The position numbers and the translations under genes are program-made. 64,000 nucleotides of DNA from Candidatus Bathyarchaeia archaeon (GTDB lineage: Archaea > Thermoproteota > Bathyarchaeia > Bathyarchaeales > Bathycorpusculaceae). This document shows positions 1 through 10,300 of the stretch, piece after piece. Numbering within the stretch: position 1 is the stretch's first letter; each line of letters begins with the position of its first letter. The notes under the pieces were generated by a model. The model was not told the origin of the DNA. It made no database searches and was given only the letters and a program-made list of their open reading frames with translations. The stretch covers positions 64,001-128,000 of the forward strand of contig JAVZNC010000001.1 in assembly GCA_038882955.1 (NCBI GenBank), read 5' to 3'.

Positions 1-631
1 TGTCTGTTAGGTTGAATATTGTGACTGACGCGTCACGGGTTATGCCAACCACATAGCCGTATTCTCTAGCCCTTGCAACAACGTACCAAAGGTCGCCGTG
101 TTTGCAGTAATCTTCGAAAAGCGAAGTGTTGATAAGGTCTGGTCCATAAAGCGAAAGCTTGTTCACGTTTGGAATGTCAACGTTATCGAAAAACGTTATT
201 TTCGTATCTTCAGGATTCTTCAAGTGGAAATCTCTTAAGGTTTCGGGTGGAATCCGCGCCTCAACTATCCCGCCAACCTTTTCGAATAGGATTTCACTGA
301 GCTTGTTGGCTATGAAGTTGGCTAGACGCTTCTTCTCTACAACGGTCAAAAATGTGGCTTCGCCATGTTCTGCAAAACTGAACAGCGCTTCAACAGTGCG
401 CGGCAAAGGCGCCATCTTGCCTCTATGGAAAACATGAATGACGTAATCATGCGAGTAAATGCCTCGAAGACCACCTTCTTTTGAGAGAAGGTCAACAACC
501 TCGCTAACGAGCGTAAATTTGTAATCGCCCTCCTCGTATGGTTCCTCAACATGGTATCCCTCCAGTCTAGAAGCAATTTCAGCCAACGGAAGCGGCTCCG
601 AAAGCTTGAACACTTTGCCAGCAACAACCAT
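1..631 (-). CDS. Hypothetical protein, 3'-truncated by the window edge (not in ORF track)
   Basis: Manual translation from ATG at 631: MVVAGKVFKLSEPLPLAEIASRLEGYHVEEPY...VVGITRDASVTIFNLTD, 210 codons open to position 1 with protein-like composition. Confidence 0.8.
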   Translation of the reverse strand, partial: MVVAGKVFKLSEPLPLAEIASRLEGYHVEEPYEEGDYKFTLVSEVVDLLSKEGGLRGIYSHDYVIHVFHRGKMAPLPRTVEALFSFAEHGEATFLTVVEKKRLANFIANKLSEILFEKVGGIVEARIPPETLRDFHLKNPEDTKITFFDNVDIPNVNKLSLYGPDLINTSLFEDYCKHGDLWYVVARAREYGYVVGITRDASVTIFNLTD

Positions 632-732
632 CAAACATCGCCAACGAGTAAATTGTGAAAATGAACAATAAAGTTTTGTGTTTCTCATCTTGCCTTAGCG
701 GGTTAAGTTTGCATCACCGCTTAACACATGAG

Positions 733-1011
733 TTAATTTTTATTGGGAAAGTTTGCTTGCTTAGACAACGAGACATTTTCTTCTATTTTCAACTCGTTAG
801 TGTATTGGATATCACCGCTTATTTGGCAATCAGATTCGATTATTACGTTTTCTCCATAAATGTTGTCCGCGTGCGCGCCGCTTTTTAGAATTATTTTTAT
901 AATGTCAGCGTAGATATCGTATTTTGTTCTTCTTCGTTCGGGCAATTGGCTCTCCACTGATAGGTGGTATAAATTTAACAAAAGCTTTCCTAGCATTTCC
1001 AATTTACTCAC
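733..1011 (-). pseudogene. Possible chimeric gene remnant (winged-helix-like start joined to beta-helix/bactofilin-like tail)
   Basis: RRRTKYDIYADIIKII resembles the N-terminus of archaeal wHTH regulators; NIYGENVIIESDCQISGDIQYT resembles a polymer-forming beta-helix end; too short for either to be complete. Confidence 0.3.
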
Positions 1012-1140
1012 AATTGAATAGCCTATCCCACGCGTTGAGTCGTCATCGTTAATTTAAAACATTAGTCCGCAACTCACGTTGAAAGCAATTTCAGAACTTA
1101 ACTTAATATTTTGGCAGCAGCTATTGGGAAAGCAGGTAAA

Positions 1141-1533
1141 CTATGCAATGTAGGCTGTTTGTGTTGCTTCTGGATACTCTTTCGGTTTGCCAAAAACTAT
1201 CATCCAATTGTTAGTTGCGGGTTCTCTGAACACTATGATGCTTGAACAGCCCGCTTCCTTTGCGATTATAGAGCTTTCGATGAGGTTCTGTAGAAGCTCT
1301 GGGCTCCAGTTGCAGATTATGGAAGTTTCTTCTTGTCCATTTTTGTCCACAGCAACCATGTGGAGGAAGTAGTCGCCGACGGGTATTTCTTTCACAATGC
1401 AGGTTTCGTCTATTTTTTGCATGATTTCTATCGTGTGTATGAGGTAACTGTTGTCTTGTTCTTTTATTATTAGGTGGATGCCGTTTCCCACAAATGAGCG
1501 CATGAATTGTTCCATGATTTCAAGTTTGTTCAT
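1141..1533 (-). CDS. Hypothetical protein
   Basis: 130-aa ORF with ATG start and upstream TTATAA; no recognised motif. Confidence 0.7.
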   Translation of the reverse strand: MNKLEIMEQFMRSFVGNGIHLIIKEQDNSYLIHTIEIMQKIDETCIVKEIPVGDYFLHMVAVDKNGQEETSIICNWSPELLQNLIESSIIAKEAGCSSIIVFREPATNNWMIVFGKPKEYPEATQTAYIA

Positions 1534-1669
1534 GTTTTTCCCAGAAGTTGAGTGGGAGGTTGATTGTTATAAGAGGTGTTCTGAAAAAAAGAATATATCA
1601 TGATTCGTAAGACGTAATATTTATTAGTTTGTGCGTCGCACTCATATACAGACAGAGGTGAAAAAAGAA

Positions 1670-2737
1670 ATGGCGGTTACTCCACAAATAGAACCCCCAA
1701 CCCCCGCTTACGCAAAAGAAGAAGACATTGAACAATTCGCAAAGCTGGCTCAACCCACCATCATGGCAATAGGCCTCGGTGGAGCAGGCTCCAACATAAT
1801 ATCGTGGATCAAAGAAAAGGGCATCGTCGGAGCCAAACTCGTAGCAGTAAACACGGACGCAAACCACTTGAGAATAACCAAAGCCGACAGAAGAATCCTA
1901 ATAGGCGCAAACCTCACGAAGGGACTGGGCTGCGGCGGATACCCCGAAGTAGGAGCCAAAGCCCTACTGGAGAGTACAGACAAAGTCATTCAAGAAGTTG
2001 CAGACGCCAACATCATATTTCTAGTTGCAGGATTAGGCGGAGGCACAGGAACAGGCGGAATAGTCGCATTATCAGAAGAGCTACGCAAAAGATTTGCAGA
2101 TTCGCCAATCCCACGCTTAATCATAGGAGTAGTCACGCTTCCTTTCGAAGTTAAAACTGCCAGAATGGAATTTGCCAAGAAAGAACTGGACAACCTTAAA
2201 AGAACATGCGACACTGTCGTAGTGATCGACAACAACAGGCTTGTCAAGATTGCTGGAAACTTGCCATTCAAAGAAGCCTTAGGCGTTGCAAACACCACCA
2301 TTGGAAAATTCATTAAGGGCATAACCGAGACAATAACAACAGCCAGCCTAATCAACCTAGACTACGCAGACCTAAGAGCTATAATGCAAGGAGCAGGACT
2401 CGCCTCCATAGGCGTAGGCGAAGGCACAGGAGAAGGAAGAGTAGAAGAAGCCGTCGAAAAAGCGATAAACGGACGCCTCCTAGACATAGAAGACGTAACA
2501 AGAGCACGCGGCTTGCTTATACACGTTTCAGGCGGCGAAGATCTAACTCTCTTTGAAGTCAGCCACGCAGCCGAAATAGTGAAGCGTTCTCTGCCGCCTA
2601 AGGCAAAAGTGATCTGGGGCGCAAGAGTTGATGAAGAAAATCGCGGAAGAGTTGCTGTCATGGCCGTCGTAACCGGCGTGGAGAGCGCGTTCTTGAAACG
2701 AAGCGAAAAACGCTTAGGACCAATTAAACTACATTAA
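1670..2737 (+). CDS. ftsZ: Cell division GTPase FtsZ
   Basis: GLGGAGSN, AVNTDA, tubulin signature GLGGGTGTG, T7 loop INLDYADL, IWGARVD; start probably ATG 1670 after GAGGTG (ORF track starts 1631). Confidence 0.96.
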   Translation: MAVTPQIEPPTPAYAKEEDIEQFAKLAQPTIMAIGLGGAGSNIISWIKEKGIVGAKLVAVNTDANHLRITKADRRILIGANLTKGLGCGGYPEVGAKALLESTDKVIQEVADANIIFLVAGLGGGTGTGGIVALSEELRKRFADSPIPRLIIGVVTLPFEVKTARMEFAKKELDNLKRTCDTVVVIDNNRLVKIAGNLPFKEALGVANTTIGKFIKGITETITTASLINLDYADLRAIMQGAGLASIGVGEGTGEGRVEEAVEKAINGRLLDIEDVTRARGLLIHVSGGEDLTLFEVSHAAEIVKRSLPPKAKVIWGARVDEENRGRVAVMAVVTGVESAFLKRSEKRLGPIKLH

Positions 2738-3001
2738 TTCGACGATTCCACTTCTCTTTTCTCTATAATCTCATATCCCATATCGTAGTAATGATACCCT
2801 TCAACTTTAATCTCTGCACTCTCTTATTGTCACGTTCCGGTTTCGTTTATTCACTTTCGAGGGATGATGCTCTCATCTTATCTGTAACCTGTAAAATATA
2901 GGTTAGCCTTTCACCGTTGTTTGCCTAATTGTTTTAATAAGAGTTTTTATCCTCTATTTTATACTGCATAAAGGCAAAGCGCTAGAGGAAAAGAAGGGCA
3001 A

Positions 3002-4945
3002 ATGCTCATCAGCGAGGTAATCCTTGAGAACTTCATGAGCTACGAGTACGCTAGGGTACCCCTTAAACCAGGCGTGAACGTCATTTGCGGTCCGAACGGT
3101 TCTGGAAAATCCTCGCTTTTGTTGGCAATTTCTGTAGCCCTTGGGCAGTCTTATACTGAACGTTCAAGGAAATTGAGCGACTTGATTCGTTGGGGTGGAA
3201 ACCAAGCCCGCGTCACGTTAATTTTGGACAACTCCAAGAAAGGCGGAAGGCGCCCAGTTCCAAAGTTTAATAAGGACCAGCTTTTTCTTACGCGTGTTTT
3301 GCGTAGTGATGGGCAGTACTGGTTTGAGTTGGAGAATCGGGCTGTTACAAAGGCTGAGGTTGACAGATTCCTCTCAAAACTTGGTGTTGACCCAAACAAC
3401 ATGCTCATAATCATGCATCAAAACATGGTTGAACAGTTCACCGTGCTTTCACAACAACAAAAGCTACGCATGGTAGAAGCAGCCGTCGGTCTTGAGCCTT
3501 TCCGCGCCAACGTTTTGGAAGCCCAGAAAAAGTTAACGCGAATCTTAAGCCAAGAAGAATCCATAAGTAAGCTTTTGGAATCCGCCGAACAGACGCTTAA
3601 TTATTGGCGGGAACAGTATGAGCGGTACCAAGAGAAGAAGCAGTTAATTACGAAGAGGCGGTTTTTGGAGAGGGAACTGGCGTGGGCAGAGGTTGCCAGA
3701 AGAGAAGAAGCGATGAGCGAGTTGGAAGCTGAAAAGAGAAGGCGGCTAGACACTTTAAGCCAAATCGAAAAAGAAACAGGCGAAGTGGAAGAACGCCTAA
3801 AAGCGCATCAAAATGAACTGGAAAAGCTTAGAAGCGAATGGAAAGCGTTGTTTGAGGAGCGCTTAAGCCTTGAACGTGAAAAGGCTGGAAATGAAGCCAC
3901 CGTTGCCATTTACGAGCAGCTTCTAAAGGAAACTTCAACGTTTGAAAGATTTTCAAAAGGAAGCCTAAACCCATCCGCACAAGAAAATCCGCAGTTTAAA
4001 CTCTTAAGAACTGAAAACCTTAAGGAGCTTATACAAAGCTCTAGCCAAAACCTTTCAAAGTTGAAGGGCAAGATAGATGAAAACCAGTTGAAAACTAAAA
4101 GCCTAGACGAAAATATTGAAAAAGTTGGAAACCATGTTTTAGAAAATCACGTTAAGCTGGCTTTGCTTCAGTTCCGTCGCGAAAATGTCAAGGCTGATTT
4201 GGAAGAAATTGAGCAGCAACTAAAAAGCGCAAGCGCGCAGTTAAACGAAGCCGTAAGCCGCGCGGAGCAAACTGGACCAAGAATCGCGGTTGTTAAAAGT
4301 TTAGGCGAAATTTTGGATGAATTAAGGGTTACGGATGGACATTTGGCGGCGCTTTCAAATGTTTCCGAGGACATAGAGCGCATGTACGAGTCCTACTCGA
4401 AATTGTATTTGGAGCTTAAGGAAAAGGCTAGGCTTGTTGCGGAAAACAGGGAAAAAGCATTAGAAGAGGTTAAGACGAGGATGCAAGCTTGGCGAACAGT
4501 TATTCAAAGTCTCCTTGACCGTGTAAGCTTGGAATATCAGAAAATCCTAAGCCAGTCTCAAGCTGTTGGCGAGGTTAGGCTTGTTAATGGGCATGATATA
4601 GAGGCTGCGGGGTTGGAGATTCTGGTGGGCTTTAAGGGTGGAAAACCAGTTCCATTAGACGCTTACACGCAAAGCGGCGGCGAAAGAACAACAGCCACTA
4701 TGAGCTTTCTTTTAGCCTTGCAACAGCATGTCCGCTCGCCGTTTAGAGCGGTTGACGAGTACGACATTCACATGGACCCGAAGAACCGCGAGTTAATCGC
4801 TAAAATGTTGATATCGATGGTTAAGGATGCAAACGCTCAATACATTATAATCACGCCAAGCCAGGTGACGTTTGCAGAAGAGGACGTGAACATAATCACT
4901 GTGCAAAATGTTGAGGGTAAATCGATAATACGCGAGGTTGTCTAA
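3002..4945 (+). CDS. Short SMC-family ATPase (SMC5/6-like heads, no visible hinge or zinc hook)
   Basis: Walker A GPNGSGKS, Q-loop MHQN, about 350-aa coiled coil, signature QSGGER, Walker B/D-loop PFRAVDEYDIHMD. Confidence 0.9.
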   Translation: MLISEVILENFMSYEYARVPLKPGVNVICGPNGSGKSSLLLAISVALGQSYTERSRKLSDLIRWGGNQARVTLILDNSKKGGRRPVPKFNKDQLFLTRVLRSDGQYWFELENRAVTKAEVDRFLSKLGVDPNNMLIIMHQNMVEQFTVLSQQQKLRMVEAAVGLEPFRANVLEAQKKLTRILSQEESISKLLESAEQTLNYWREQYERYQEKKQLITKRRFLERELAWAEVARREEAMSELEAEKRRRLDTLSQIEKETGEVEERLKAHQNELEKLRSEWKALFEERLSLEREKAGNEATVAIYEQLLKETSTFERFSKGSLNPSAQENPQFKLLRTENLKELIQSSSQNLSKLKGKIDENQLKTKSLDENIEKVGNHVLENHVKLALLQFRRENVKADLEEIEQQLKSASAQLNEAVSRAEQTGPRIAVVKSLGEILDELRVTDGHLAALSNVSEDIERMYESYSKLYLELKEKARLVAENREKALEEVKTRMQAWRTVIQSLLDRVSLEYQKILSQSQAVGEVRLVNGHDIEAAGLEILVGFKGGKPVPLDAYTQSGGERTTATMSFLLALQQHVRSPFRAVDEYDIHMDPKNRELIAKMLISMVKDANAQYIIITPSQVTFAEEDVNIITVQNVEGKSIIREVV

Positions 4946-5772
4946 TGCAGTCAAAGAGGGAGCGGATGAAGGCTGGTAGGGAAAGGCTCCAGCGAATAAT
5001 TGAAATGTGCAAGTCCGTGGAGGAGCGCTCCCTAGACCCGTTCCTGATAGATGTTGACGATGTCATAGCGACTGTTAAGGAGTATTTTCCAGAATGGGAA
5101 ATTCCAGAAGACTTATGTCTAGATGCTGAAACCATACATCACATAGCCTCGGTCATAAAATTACAGAGCGAATGGCTTAAACACCGCTCAACATCGCTTT
5201 ACACAGATCCATTCTTGCTAGAGGAGAAGATAAGGCGTATTGAAAAAGAGGAAATTGTGGAAAGTTTCCTTCAAGCTTGGCACCCAACAGTTGAATTGGA
5301 GCAAATTTCGCTCCACAGCCTAGCAGAAGCAATGCGATACTGGGAAAGCCTACTGCCACTAAAAGAAAGGTGGAAGGAACTTCTACCCCTAGAAGTCGAA
5401 GCAGGCAAGACAACGCGCAAAGAGCTTGTAGAAGAGCAAATCTTGCTGGACAAAGCCTTCTCCGAAGAACTGGAAAACTTTTGGCGAGAACTCAGAAACA
5501 AAACAGCCGAAAAGGGCGAAGATGGAAAGATACGCTATTGGGATTTCATAATGGCTGAAACATATGAGAAAACAGTTCACAGAGCTTTCATGACAAGTTT
5601 CCTAATCACATATGGCTACGCAACACTAGAAATCCGCCCGCTAGAAGAGGAAATATTCATAAAACCCTACGAGAAGCCTCCAGCAAAACTCGGCAAGAAA
5701 CAACTCGTTTCCGTGCCCATAGCAATCTCGCCAGAAGAATGGCTTAAACGCAAGGGAGAACGCCAAGAATGA
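4945..5772 (+). CDS. Putative kleisin (ScpA/Nse4-like)
   Basis: N-terminal LDPFLIDVDDVI...IASVIKLQSEWL and C-terminal winged-helix-like AFMTSFLITYGYATLE...EIFI resemble ScpA termini; TAATG overlap with the SMC gene. Confidence 0.65.
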   Translation: MQSKRERMKAGRERLQRIIEMCKSVEERSLDPFLIDVDDVIATVKEYFPEWEIPEDLCLDAETIHHIASVIKLQSEWLKHRSTSLYTDPFLLEEKIRRIEKEEIVESFLQAWHPTVELEQISLHSLAEAMRYWESLLPLKERWKELLPLEVEAGKTTRKELVEEQILLDKAFSEELENFWRELRNKTAEKGEDGKIRYWDFIMAETYEKTVHRAFMTSFLITYGYATLEIRPLEEEIFIKPYEKPPAKLGKKQLVSVPIAISPEEWLKRKGERQE

Positions 5773-6323
5773 GCAAACGCAAAGCCCTCTACGCGAACAA
5801 AATGAAGAGGGCAGTCCACATGCTATTCTACAGAAGACACAAAAAACCAGGCGTAAAGGGGTGGGAACTGCGAAAAGCCCTAGGAGCAGACTACCCGAAA
5901 GTTCTCAAGCTTTTGGACGATTACTTGAAAATTTTGGACTTGCAAGTTAAAACAGTCTTTGAAGAGGAAAAACCAAAGGAAAATCCGACATTAGAGGAGC
6001 TTGACAGGGCAAGGTTCTACATAACATTGCGGGGCGAACTAACGCCTAAAGAGGCGAAGATGATTGGGTGGAGAATAGACGACTTGGCTGGACTAGCAAT
6101 AGCCATAGCCTACATAATATCAAAAAAGGGAAAAGCTCCAAGAAAGGAAGTTGAAGAACTTTTACACGAAAAGCTTCCAGGATGGAAGGTTAACGTCAAC
6201 ATTGACCGCTACATTAGGTACGGTTATCTAACGCAAGACGAAAACGAACAGCTTTACTTGGACTGGCGGACACGCGCAGAAGTAGACCAGAAAGCACTCA
6301 TAGAAATGCTCTTGTCAAAGTAG
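5769..6323 (+). CDS. Putative KITE protein (ScpB/Nse1-3-like tandem winged helix)
   Basis: AVHMLF...ELRKALG...LAGLAIAIAY...PRKEVEELL...IDRYIRYGYL follows the ScpB pattern; ATGA overlap with the upstream gene. Confidence 0.6.
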   Translation: MSKRKALYANKMKRAVHMLFYRRHKKPGVKGWELRKALGADYPKVLKLLDDYLKILDLQVKTVFEEEKPKENPTLEELDRARFYITLRGELTPKEAKMIGWRIDDLAGLAIAIAYIISKKGKAPRKEVEELLHEKLPGWKVNVNIDRYIRYGYLTQDENEQLYLDWRTRAEVDQKALIEMLLSK

Positions 6324-6336
6324 AATGTCCTATAGC

Positions 6337-6516
6337 TTACTTTCTTATTTTGTGGTAGATGAAGGCTATCACGTCGATTACGATTAGGATTGTTAAAATG
6401 AGCAATGGAGTTTCCAGAAATTGGGTGAAAATAAAATCGTCTTCAGCCCTAGCAACGCCAATTAAGATAGAAAGTAGGAAAAACGCGAATAGTGCTAACG
6501 ATGTTCGCCTTTTCAT
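6337..6516 (-). CDS. Small membrane protein, 59 aa (not in ORF track)
   Basis: Manual translation MKRRTSLALFAFFLLSILIGVARAEDDFIFTQFLETPLLILTILIVIDVIAFIYHKIRK; signal-peptide-like start, one TM and a basic tail; fills the gap after nusA. Confidence 0.65.
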   Translation of the reverse strand: MKRRTSLALFAFFLLSILIGVARAEDDFIFTQFLETPLLILTILIVIDVIAFIYHKIRK

Positions 6517-6534
6517 TCTCGGGATTCCCCAAGC

Positions 6535-6972
6535 CTATGTTATGCTCACGTTTTGTATGTCAAAGTAGCGTTTTGCCAGAAAGCGCAGTCTTTCAGCGTT
6601 TCTTCCGTTCTTTCCGATCGCTACGCCTTTGTCTCGAGGGTTAACCGCAACAACGGCTATTTTCTTTCCGTCAGTTCTTTCTGTGAGGCGAACCTCCTTC
6701 ACTATGGCTGGTTTTAGGGCGTTTTTTATGAATTGCACCGGGTCTTCGGAATACTCGATTATTTCGTGTTTCTTTCCAGTCATCGACTCTAAAGTGCGGA
6801 TGTTTCTTCCGCCTTTTCCAATGGCTACGCCTATTTGTCCCTCGTTTACAACGAAGATTACGCGTCCCTGTTCCTCGTCGACTATGCAGTCTTTGACGCT
6901 TGCCCCTGTTATACTTTCAAAAAGCGCGATATAACGCATTTCAGTACTCGTGATTTTTATTCCGCTTGTCAT
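6535..6972 (-). CDS. nusA: Archaeal NusA (two KH domains)
   Basis: Two AIGKxG KH motifs; follows rpl30e in the RNAP operon. Confidence 0.95.
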   Translation of the reverse strand: MTSGIKITSTEMRYIALFESITGASVKDCIVDEEQGRVIFVVNEGQIGVAIGKGGRNIRTLESMTGKKHEIIEYSEDPVQFIKNALKPAIVKEVRLTERTDGKKIAVVAVNPRDKGVAIGKNGRNAERLRFLAKRYFDIQNVSIT

Positions 6973-7304
6973 TCGCTGCCTCCAGCGGTTTCCTCTGTTT
7001 CGCCTTTTTCAGCTAACTCGAGTATTTCCGAGTCGCCTGGTTCTCTTATACTTAACGCTGAAACAACATAAGGTTTTCCACAGACGGCAGCCAAATCCAT
7101 TGATGAACCCTTATAGACGATTAGCGGTACTTTTGAAAGTTTGCAGTAGTATTCGATGTCCTCGCGTATGTTTTTTGGACAATTCGAAGCCAAAATTATC
7201 ATTTTCGCCCTTCCAGTTTTGGCGCTGTGTATGGCTGTGTTCGCACCGAAAAATACTTTGCCCGTTTTTACGGCTGTGGCTATTGCCTTGTCTATGTCAA
7301 TCAT
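6969..7304 (-). CDS. rpl30e: 50S ribosomal protein L30e
   Basis: KTGKVFFG, ASNCP, DLAAVCGKPY, EPGDSEIL; conserved position after rpoA. Confidence 0.96.
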   Translation of the reverse strand: MIDIDKAIATAVKTGKVFFGANTAIHSAKTGRAKMIILASNCPKNIREDIEYYCKLSKVPLIVYKGSSMDLAAVCGKPYVVSALSIREPGDSEILELAEKGETEETAGGSE

Positions 7305-10300
7305 TTCTCGTTTTTCCTCCCCATCTCGAACGTGGACATGTATAATTCAACTAACCCAGTGCCTATTGGTATTGACTGCCCAACTATAACGTTTTCAGTT
7401 ACGCCCTCAAGCGGGTCACTTTCGCCCTTAACCGCGGCATCAACAATGTTTGGAACAGTTATCTCAAACGCCGCCCTAGCCAAAACACTTGATTTCTTCC
7501 CACTTATGCCGTGCCTTCCTATCTGCTGCACTTCGCCGGTGGAAGTCATCATGTCAGCAACAAGCATAACGTGGCGGACATCAACGTCCAGCCCTTGCTC
7601 TTCTAGAACACCTCTAGACTCGTTTATTAGGGCGTTTCTGGCTGCTTCTATGCCCAAAGTTTTGGCTATTTCATGAATGTTGTTTGTTGTTGTCCGCGAG
7701 GTGTCCACTCCACAAATTTCAAGAACCTTGGGTAAGTTTGAACCGTCCGTTCTTATAATCCATTCTCCCTTTTCTTCGGTGACGAGAACACGCTTTATGC
7801 CCTGGATGCCCTTAATGTAGAACGCGGAGATTTTATCAAGCAGCTTTTTGAGGTTTTCCTCCTTTTTGGGTTTCACGCGTATCGTGTTGCCCTTCATTTT
7901 TATCGTGCAGTTTTGGATTTGCAGCTTTTCTTTAAGTTCTTCAAGTGTTACGCCTCGGTCTTCCATCATAACCTTGTTGAGTTCCACAACAATCTCGCCG
8001 CGGACAGCATCCTCGTATATGGCTCGCGCCAAATTCTCCAATGCTGTGTAAACTATGTTTCTGGCAATTTTAACAGCTGCCTCTCTGCTCTTCCTATGCT
8101 TTTCAGTTAAGTAAATAGTCATTATTGGCGTTGATGGAATACGCCTAGCATCAACAATCTCTATCAGCCTCGGCAACCCCAATGTTACGTTTTGTTCCCT
8201 AACACCAGCATAGTGGAATGTCCTAAGCGTCATCTGTGTGCCGGGCTCTCCTATTGATTGGGCTGCGATTATGCCGACTGCTTCGCCCGGTTCCATCAAA
8301 GAGCGCTTATAATGTTCGACTGTTAGTTTTACGGCTTTGTCCACTCCTTCCTTGCTTATTTTTGCTTTTGAGAGGCTTTGTTTGAGTTCGTCTATAAGCA
8401 GGGGCGTAAGCTGGTCTTCAACTTCCTTAATCTTCTTTTTAATGTATTCGGCTTCTGCGGGTTTGCCGCGTCCAGTTGCGATTCTTATTTGGTCGACGAG
8501 TCTGCTGACGTTCACGGCTTTTCCATGGTCGCTTTTCGCTGGGTCAACCCCGTCCTCGCCATATTTGAATTGGATTATGTCTCCAGCAGAGTTCCTAACC
8601 GTTCCATCGTATTCTAGGCGTATGTGCTCGAGCGCATTGATTAGCCGTCTCTGCATGTAACCGCTTTGCTGCGTCCTAACGGCGGTGTCAACAAGCCCCT
8701 CGCGCCCGCCCATGGCATGGAAGAAGAATTCAATGGAGTCAAGTCCTTTCTGATAGGATGAGTAGACGAACCCCCTAGCCCTTGGACTTGGGTCACCAGT
8801 TTTAAAGTGCGGAAGAGCGCGTCCGATGTATCCACGCAATATTCTTTTGCCTCGCACCGACTGCTGCCCGACACAGGCGCTCATTTGCCCGATGTTTAGG
8901 CTTGAACCCCGCGCACCTGTTCGCGTCATCACTATGCCAGCGTTTTCAAGCGTGAAATCCCGGTCTGCTATTTTGCCAGCTTCATCTCTTGCCGTGGCAA
9001 GTTCGTTCATAACGTAAATTTCAAAGGACTCTTCAAGCGTCTGTCCTGGAAGCCCCTGCAGTGTGCCGTTTCGATAGCTTTCTATTAGTTCTTCAACTTT
9101 TTTCTGAACCCTTTCCATGGTCTTCTTTATCTTGTTTTCAGCTTCTGGCGAGAGGACAAGCTCTTTATATGAGTATGTGAAGCCCCTCATTGAAATGAAG
9201 AGCTTCAGAAGTCTTGTTATTTTGTTTAGAAATTCCCGTCCAGCCTTTGTTCCATAATCCTTTATTATTCTGTGGAGGAGGCTTTCAGATTGTTCAGCGC
9301 CTATTGAACGCCTATCTATAACGCCGCTTATTAACTCGCCATTTTTCACAACAACATACGCGTCATGCGGACAGTTCTCCTCTTGGCACTTGACGCATCC
9401 TTGGCAAATCGTCGCTTTCAGAACGTAGTTAAAATCTTTTGGTAGAAAGAGGCTAAAAATCTGTTTACCAGTCCAAAGCGGCTGCGGCTCCTTTATTTTC
9501 GGCTCTGGAAGTGGCCCATCATACCCTGCTGCTGCGAGTAGTCTACCAACTTCACTTCCCGTCAAATAATTGTTTTTTCTTGTGAATAAATAAGCTGCTG
9601 TTATGAAATCGCGTATCGCCCCAATTATTGGACCGCCAAACCTCGGCGAAAGTATCTGGTCTTGAACCTGCATTAGCATCAGCGCCTCTGTACGTGCTTC
9701 TTCGCTTTGCGGTATGTGAAGGTTCATTTCGTCTCCGTCGAAGTCCGCGTTGTATGGTGGACAGACGCAGAGATGCAAACGGAAGGTTTTGTATGGCAAA
9801 ACGCGAACGTAATGCGCCATAATAGACATTCTGTGAAGCGATGGCTGACGATTAAAGATGGCTATGTCCCCGTTTTTAAGGTGCCTCTCAACAATGTAGC
9901 CTGGCTCCACCGCCTCAGCAATCTTCGTCCTATCAGTCACAAACTCAAGCCTTATACGTTTACCGTCAGGTCTAATAATGTAAAGCGCTCCTGGATATTT
10001 TTCAGGTCCATTTATGACTAATTTCCGCATTTCCTCAATATTCCATTCTGTAACTTTTTCTGGCACGGATAGGCGCATGGCAACTTCCTGTGGTACGCCA
10101 ACTTCGCTTATATCAAGGTTCGGGTCTGGCGATATGACTGTTCTCGCCGAGAAGTCAACACGCTTTCCAGAGAGATTGCTTCTGAATCTTCCCTCTTTGC
10201 CCTTCAGTCTTTGCGAGAGCGTTTTTAAAGCTCTTCCTGAGCGGTGTCTTGCTGGCGGTATGCCAGACGCCTCATTGTTGAAGTATGTGGTCACATGGTA

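Noticed and set aside
159-627. ORF-track entries 159..437 (+) and 346..627 (-)
   Set aside because: Shadows of the longer minus-strand frame starting at 631 that runs off the window
3002-6323. Rad50/Mre11 repair operon or Wadjet defence system
   Set aside because: No CxxC zinc hook and no Mre11, NurA or HerA; no Toprim nuclease (JetD) gene adjacent
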